From NCBI GenBank assembly GCA_964586925.1, contig CAZPJI010000004.1, forward strand, positions 1,052-65,051: a stretch of DNA of 64,000 nt, read 5' to 3'. Made by a program: the position numbers and the translations under genes. Of this stretch, positions 59,840-64,000 are shown piece by piece. The notes beneath the pieces are model-generated. The model was not told the DNA's origin. It saw nothing but the letters and a program-made list of their open reading frames with translations, and made no database searches. This stretch comes from an uncultured Gammaproteobacteria bacterium. GTDB taxonomy: Bacteria; Pseudomonadota; Gammaproteobacteria; JAKDMP01. Position 1 is the first letter of the stretch, and every line of letters begins with the position of its first letter.

Positions 59840-61591
59840 TCATTCCGGCTGGCTCAGCACCCGGGCGCGTGCGGTAATGTCGGCCCCTGCCAGCTTGCCG
59901 TTGGCCACCGCAGACACAAAGCGTGCATTCTCACGGGCGTGCAGGGCATGCATGGCGCTGCCAACCTCGTGCACGAGATGGGCAAGCAGTTCCCGCTCGT
60001 CGGGTGGAAAATGTTCACCGGGCCGGTTGGCCAGCACGATGGCACCCAGGAGGTCTCCGCGCACGGTCATCGGCAACAGCAGTCCGTCATTGCCCAAGTC
60101 GCTGCTGAGATTCTCAAGATCCGTTTCCGAGCGTTCGGAACGCAGAGCGACAAAAGCCCGGTCGTCTATGCTCATTGTCAGGGGATAAGACAGTATGCCG
60201 CTGGTGGCGATACGCCGGTAGGCGTCCCGCTCCTGCCAATAGAATGCCGCGGCGGGGGCAGCCGTGTGAGTGCACAGCTCGCGCAGTGTCTGTTCGAGCA
60301 GGTGATCGGGGTTTTCTATGTAGGCGCATTGACGCGCGAAGGCGCGGAGTGCGTTTTCGTTCTTGAATTTTTGCCGGAATAAAAAACGTTCGCTGATACT
60401 TTCCAGGCGTTTGCGTATGGCTTCCAGCGAGAATCCGATAATCAAGGGAACTGCGAGTTCAAGCGCAAGGCTTTCTTTCTCCGATATGGCAAGCTTCTCA
60501 AGAAAGCTCTCCAACAAAATGAAAATACCGACAACGAAGGTCAAGGTGGCGCTGTACACGATCGCCCGATTGATAACGAATGACATGTCGACCACGCGAT
60601 GCCGCAATACCGAATAGAGCAGTCCTGAAAATCCGAAGAAATAGGCCAGGATTTCAACCAGATTGGATAAGGGATAGCCCAGTAGCGGCGCATTGCTTAG
60701 CAGGATGCCGAGCACCATGATTACCGCGCTCCAGAACATCCAGCGCAAGCGGGGTTTCCAGTCGGGTTGTGCATTGTGAAAGCCGACCAGAAGCAGCACT
60801 GTTGCGATGACATAGGGCAAATCCCAGAGTACGGAGGCGATCTGGGGGATCAGGATTGCCCCGTAGACAAAGGTCAGAACCGATGACACTTCATAGGCGT
60901 AGCCGAGCAGCAACGTAGCCAGGAAGACATAAATGAACGTGCGTCGGCTGGTCGAGCCCAACGCGGGCCCTGCTATGGCAAAGGCCATGACGAAAAAGCC
61001 GACGCGGGCGACCAGATAGCAAATTTGCGATGCAAAGCCGAGACCAAAACCCAGTTGGTCTGACGCGGGAGCCAGGTTAAAGGCCATGCCGAATTGGAAC
61101 GCAATGGCCCAGATTGCAATGCCCCATGCTGCCCGGTCCCGGCCGCGCCACAACGTAATCAGGATGATCAGGCATGAGAGAATCGACCAGGCGATACCCA
61201 GATAGCTCATGCTTCGCATTGCCGGATCCGTGCCCAGCGGCTGTATGGAAACGCGGATATGACGCAATTGCCCGTCTTTGAGTGTCACGACCAGTGGCAG
61301 GGCATGCCCCTGGCGGATGTTGTTCATGTCGATGCTGGCGAGCAAGTCCATACGGGCAGTTGTGCTCTGATGCGCAAAATCGACACGGTCTCCAGCGTGC
61401 AATCCTGCGGGCATCGGCAGACTGTGCAGGTGGGCGATGCGAGCGTGATGAGGCGAGATGTTCTCGAGCGCCAAGGGCACACCGGACAATTGCGTAAAGA
61501 GCACGCAATTCCACCCCGTAAGAACGACGACGAACAGGCTGATCAGAGCGAGTAACGGATAGTGGCGATTTTGTACGTGCATGCCATATGC
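59840..61591 (-). CDS. Multi-TM membrane protein with PDZ-like periplasmic loop and C-terminal GAF-like domain
   Basis: TM1, AGLHAGDRV, then about 8 TM helices, YSVLRHRVVD, ERFLFR, GAF-like LLPMTVRGDLLGAIVLA..F..DE.ELL; start uncertain (61591 or 61627). Confidence 0.7.
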   Translation of the reverse strand, partial: AYGMHVQNRHYPLLALISLFVVVLTGWNCVLFTQLSGVPLALENISPHHARIAHLHSLPMPAGLHAGDRVDFAHQSTTARMDLLASIDMNNIRQGHALPLVVTLKDGQLRHIRVSIQPLGTDPAMRSMSYLGIAWSILSCLIILITLWRGRDRAAWGIAIWAIAFQFGMAFNLAPASDQLGFGLGFASQICYLVARVGFFVMAFAIAGPALGSTSRRTFIYVFLATLLLGYAYEVSSVLTFVYGAILIPQIASVLWDLPYVIATVLLLVGFHNAQPDWKPRLRWMFWSAVIMVLGILLSNAPLLGYPLSNLVEILAYFFGFSGLLYSVLRHRVVDMSFVINRAIVYSATLTFVVGIFILLESFLEKLAISEKESLALELAVPLIIGFSLEAIRKRLESISERFLFRQKFKNENALRAFARQCAYIENPDHLLEQTLRELCTHTAAPAAAFYWQERDAYRRIATSGILSYPLTMSIDDRAFVALRSERSETDLENLSSDLGNDGLLLPMTVRGDLLGAIVLANRPGEHFPPDERELLAHLVHEVGSAMHALHARENARFVSAVANGKLAGADITARARVLSQPE

Positions 61592-61732
61592 CGGTATTCC
61601 GGTTGCCGGAAAGCATAACCCAACCACTCTGTCGGGGAGCAGCTGCAGTCGAGCCCGACGTTGGGGGCATTATCCGCAGGGCCCTGGGGAAACCAGGAGC
61701 GGGCGCCGTACAACGTGTGGTTTGGGATGTGT

Positions 61733-62263
61733 TTATCGGTTATTGGACGCTTCGTTCATTACCTTGATGTACTTGTGCTCCACCAAAACTTTGCCAAAGG
61801 CATTGGACGTCTTCTCCTCGGCGATTAGAAAGCCATAGGCGGTATACAAGCGCGCAGCTGCTGTCAATTCATGCGTGGTCCACAGGTAGGCCGAGGTATA
61901 GCCACAGGCCTGAATAAAAGCGAAAAACTTATCCAGCAGCTGGCGGGCCAGCCCCAGTCTCCGGTAACGTGGGTGAATCAGGAAAAAACGTAGTTGGGCC
62001 GAATTGCCTCGATCCAACAGGCCCAGGCAGCCGATGAGGGAACCGGCGTGTTCGCAGAGCCAGAAACGGTTGCGGTGTGGATCATAATGCCTCAGAAACT
62101 CGTAGAGTCCAGCAGATACATAAGATTCGAAGGCCATTCCATAGCTGAATTCCTGTTGGTACAGGGGACCATGCAATTGGACGATGCGGGCAATGTCGCG
62201 AGCGTGTAAATCCGTACGGATGGCGATATCCTCAAGCTGAACATCCCCTGCTCGTGCGCTCAA
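61733..62263 (-). CDS. GNAT acetyltransferase (TTG start 62263 inferred)
   Basis: LHG.LY..EF.Y...FE.YV, AQLRFFLIHP.YR.LGL...L, YLWTT..L.AA..LY...GF. Confidence 0.85.
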   Translation of the reverse strand: MSARAGDVQLEDIAIRTDLHARDIARIVQLHGPLYQQEFSYGMAFESYVSAGLYEFLRHYDPHRNRFWLCEHAGSLIGCLGLLDRGNSAQLRFFLIHPRYRRLGLARQLLDKFFAFIQACGYTSAYLWTTHELTAAARLYTAYGFLIAEEKTSNAFGKVLVEHKYIKVMNEASNNR

Positions 62264-62333
62264 CTTCGTAGCCCCTCTGTCAGTCAAGCACACCTGCAGT
62301 GTACTCTTGTGATGAGTGAGTGTGAAACAAAAC

Positions 62334-63941
62334 ATGACAAAAGCAACGGACGAGAGTAGCTTTGACTTCGTCATCGTGGGCGCGGGGTCGGCCGGTTGCC
62401 TGCTCGCAGAGCGCCTGTCAACCGATTCGGAGAAGCGAGTCCTGTTGATCGAGGCGGGTCCGGATTCTGCCTCCTGGATGCTTCGAGTTCCGGCAGCGTT
62501 GCCGTTGTTGTTGCGTTCGCGGCGCTACAACTGGGGCTTCGAAACAGTGCCCCAGCCGGCACTCGGTAATCGCAGACTGTATTGGCCGCGCGGGCGCGTC
62601 GTGGGGGGCAGTTCCTCGATCAATGCGATGTGTGCCGTACGTGGCCCCACCGCCGATATCGATGCCTGGTCGGCCTATGGCGGAAAGGCCTGGAGCTGGG
62701 CATCCCTGTCACCGCTCATGGATCGGATTTGCGTCCCTCCGGAGGGGGATGGGCCGAATCGCCTGGCTATATCGCCCTTGCGTTACCGGCACCCCATATC
62801 GCAGGCCTTCGTCGAGGCGGCGCGCGAATTCGGCTATCCGGGCTTGCCCGATTTCAATATTGACCGGCCAGACGGGATCGGTTTCTACCCGGTCTTCCAA
62901 CGTGAAGGGGAGCGTTGGGAAAACGCCCGGGCCTTCGTCGATCCGGCCCGGACGCGCGCCAACCTTCACATCCTGGCTGATGCACAGGTTCTCCGGGTGG
63001 AGCTGGACGCGGCGCGTCGTGCGACCGGTGTGCGTGTGCGCAGGCGGGATGGAAGTGTTCAGTCGATCATGGCGCGTCGCGAAGTCATTCTGTCCGCAGG
63101 CGCCATCGGCAGTCCGCACTTATTGATGTTGTCCGGAATTGGCCCACAGGAAGAATTGCGGGCCTTCGGCATTGACGTGCGGCACGAGCTTCAAGGTGTC
63201 GGCCGGAATCTACAGGATCACCTGGACGTAACGGTGGTCTGCTATGCGAACGGCGGAGGAATCTCAGCCAGTCCCCGTGAGCTGCCGGCGCGCGCCAAAG
63301 CAATCTGGGACTACGCATTCCATCGCAGGGGGGCTTTTACCAGCAATCTCGCCGAAGCCGGCGGCTTCATCCGTAGCCACCCCGAGCTGGATCACCCCGA
63401 CCTGCAACTGCATTTCCTGCCCGCCGTGCAGCAGGATCACGGACGCAAGCTGGTGCGCACCGTCCTGTTTCCCGGCTGTGCTCTGCATGTCTGCGGGCTC
63501 TATCCGAAGAGCCGCGGGCGCATCGGCCTCGACTCGGCCGATCCCTTGGTCACGCCGCGCATCGACCCACGTTATCTATCGGACGAGGCTGACCTCGATA
63601 CGCTCAAGGCCGGTCTGCAAAAGGTTTTCGGGATTCTTCGCCAACCCGCCTTTGATGGCTATCGTTTACGCCCCTTCATTCCGCGCAGCATTCCCGAGGC
63701 GGATCACGAGCTGGATGAACTGGTTCGATCCCGCGCCGAGACGATCTACCATCCCGTAGGCACCTGCCGCCTGGGCACCGACGCGGGAGCCGTCGTCGAT
63801 CCGCAGCTGCGCGTGCACGGCATCGAAAACCTGCGCGTCGTCGATGCTTCGGTCATGCCGACCTTGATCGGCGCCAACACGAACATCGCCACGACGCTCA
63901 TCGCCGAAAACGCCGCCCGCCTGATTCGCGCGGATTCATAA
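62334..63941 (+). CDS. GMC-family oxidoreductase (choline/alcohol dehydrogenase-like)
   Basis: IVGAGSAG, RGRVVGGSSSINAM, GRNLQDH, TIYHPVGTCR, RVVDAS.MP, ANTN. Confidence 0.93.
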   Translation: MTKATDESSFDFVIVGAGSAGCLLAERLSTDSEKRVLLIEAGPDSASWMLRVPAALPLLLRSRRYNWGFETVPQPALGNRRLYWPRGRVVGGSSSINAMCAVRGPTADIDAWSAYGGKAWSWASLSPLMDRICVPPEGDGPNRLAISPLRYRHPISQAFVEAAREFGYPGLPDFNIDRPDGIGFYPVFQREGERWENARAFVDPARTRANLHILADAQVLRVELDAARRATGVRVRRRDGSVQSIMARREVILSAGAIGSPHLLMLSGIGPQEELRAFGIDVRHELQGVGRNLQDHLDVTVVCYANGGGISASPRELPARAKAIWDYAFHRRGAFTSNLAEAGGFIRSHPELDHPDLQLHFLPAVQQDHGRKLVRTVLFPGCALHVCGLYPKSRGRIGLDSADPLVTPRIDPRYLSDEADLDTLKAGLQKVFGILRQPAFDGYRLRPFIPRSIPEADHELDELVRSRAETIYHPVGTCRLGTDAGAVVDPQLRVHGIENLRVVDASVMPTLIGANTNIATTLIAENAARLIRADS

Positions 63942-64000
63942 CTCGACACCCCGGATGCCCGAGTGCCGGCTTCCCTGGACACGGCCGGCGGCTAGCGACC

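Overview
GC-rich gammaproteobacterial-type chromosome segment spanning the probable replication origin (gyrB-recF-dnaN-[DnaA boxes and AT-rich tract]-dnaA / rpmH-rnpA-yidD-yidC). It also holds housekeeping genes (anmK, erpA, hemJ, rppH, ppa, waaF, hldD, glnE, hemH, glnA, glyQS, murB, corA, uppP). No tRNA, rRNA, CRISPR array or transposase was seen. Main highlights: (1) a GlyGly-CTERM subtilase with Glu at the usual catalytic His, preceded by a lipoprotein that is a free-standing copy of the protease's own propeptide; (2) two copies of a modular palindromic repeat with 33-bp arms that are perfect within each copy but differ at 9 positions between copies; (3) an aryl-polyene/xanthomonadin-like type II PKS cluster with a flavin-dependent halogenase but no exporter or methyltransferase, sitting where mnmE usually follows yidC; (4) a RuBisCO-like protein fused to a cupin resembling the MTXu-5P methylsulfurylase of the MTA-isoprenoid shunt; (5) an in-frame GmhB-PlsC fusion; (6) a PDZ-like/multi-TM/GAF sensor with no output domain upstream of a GGDEF-EAL gene. 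All calls come from motif recognition by eye; no database search was run.
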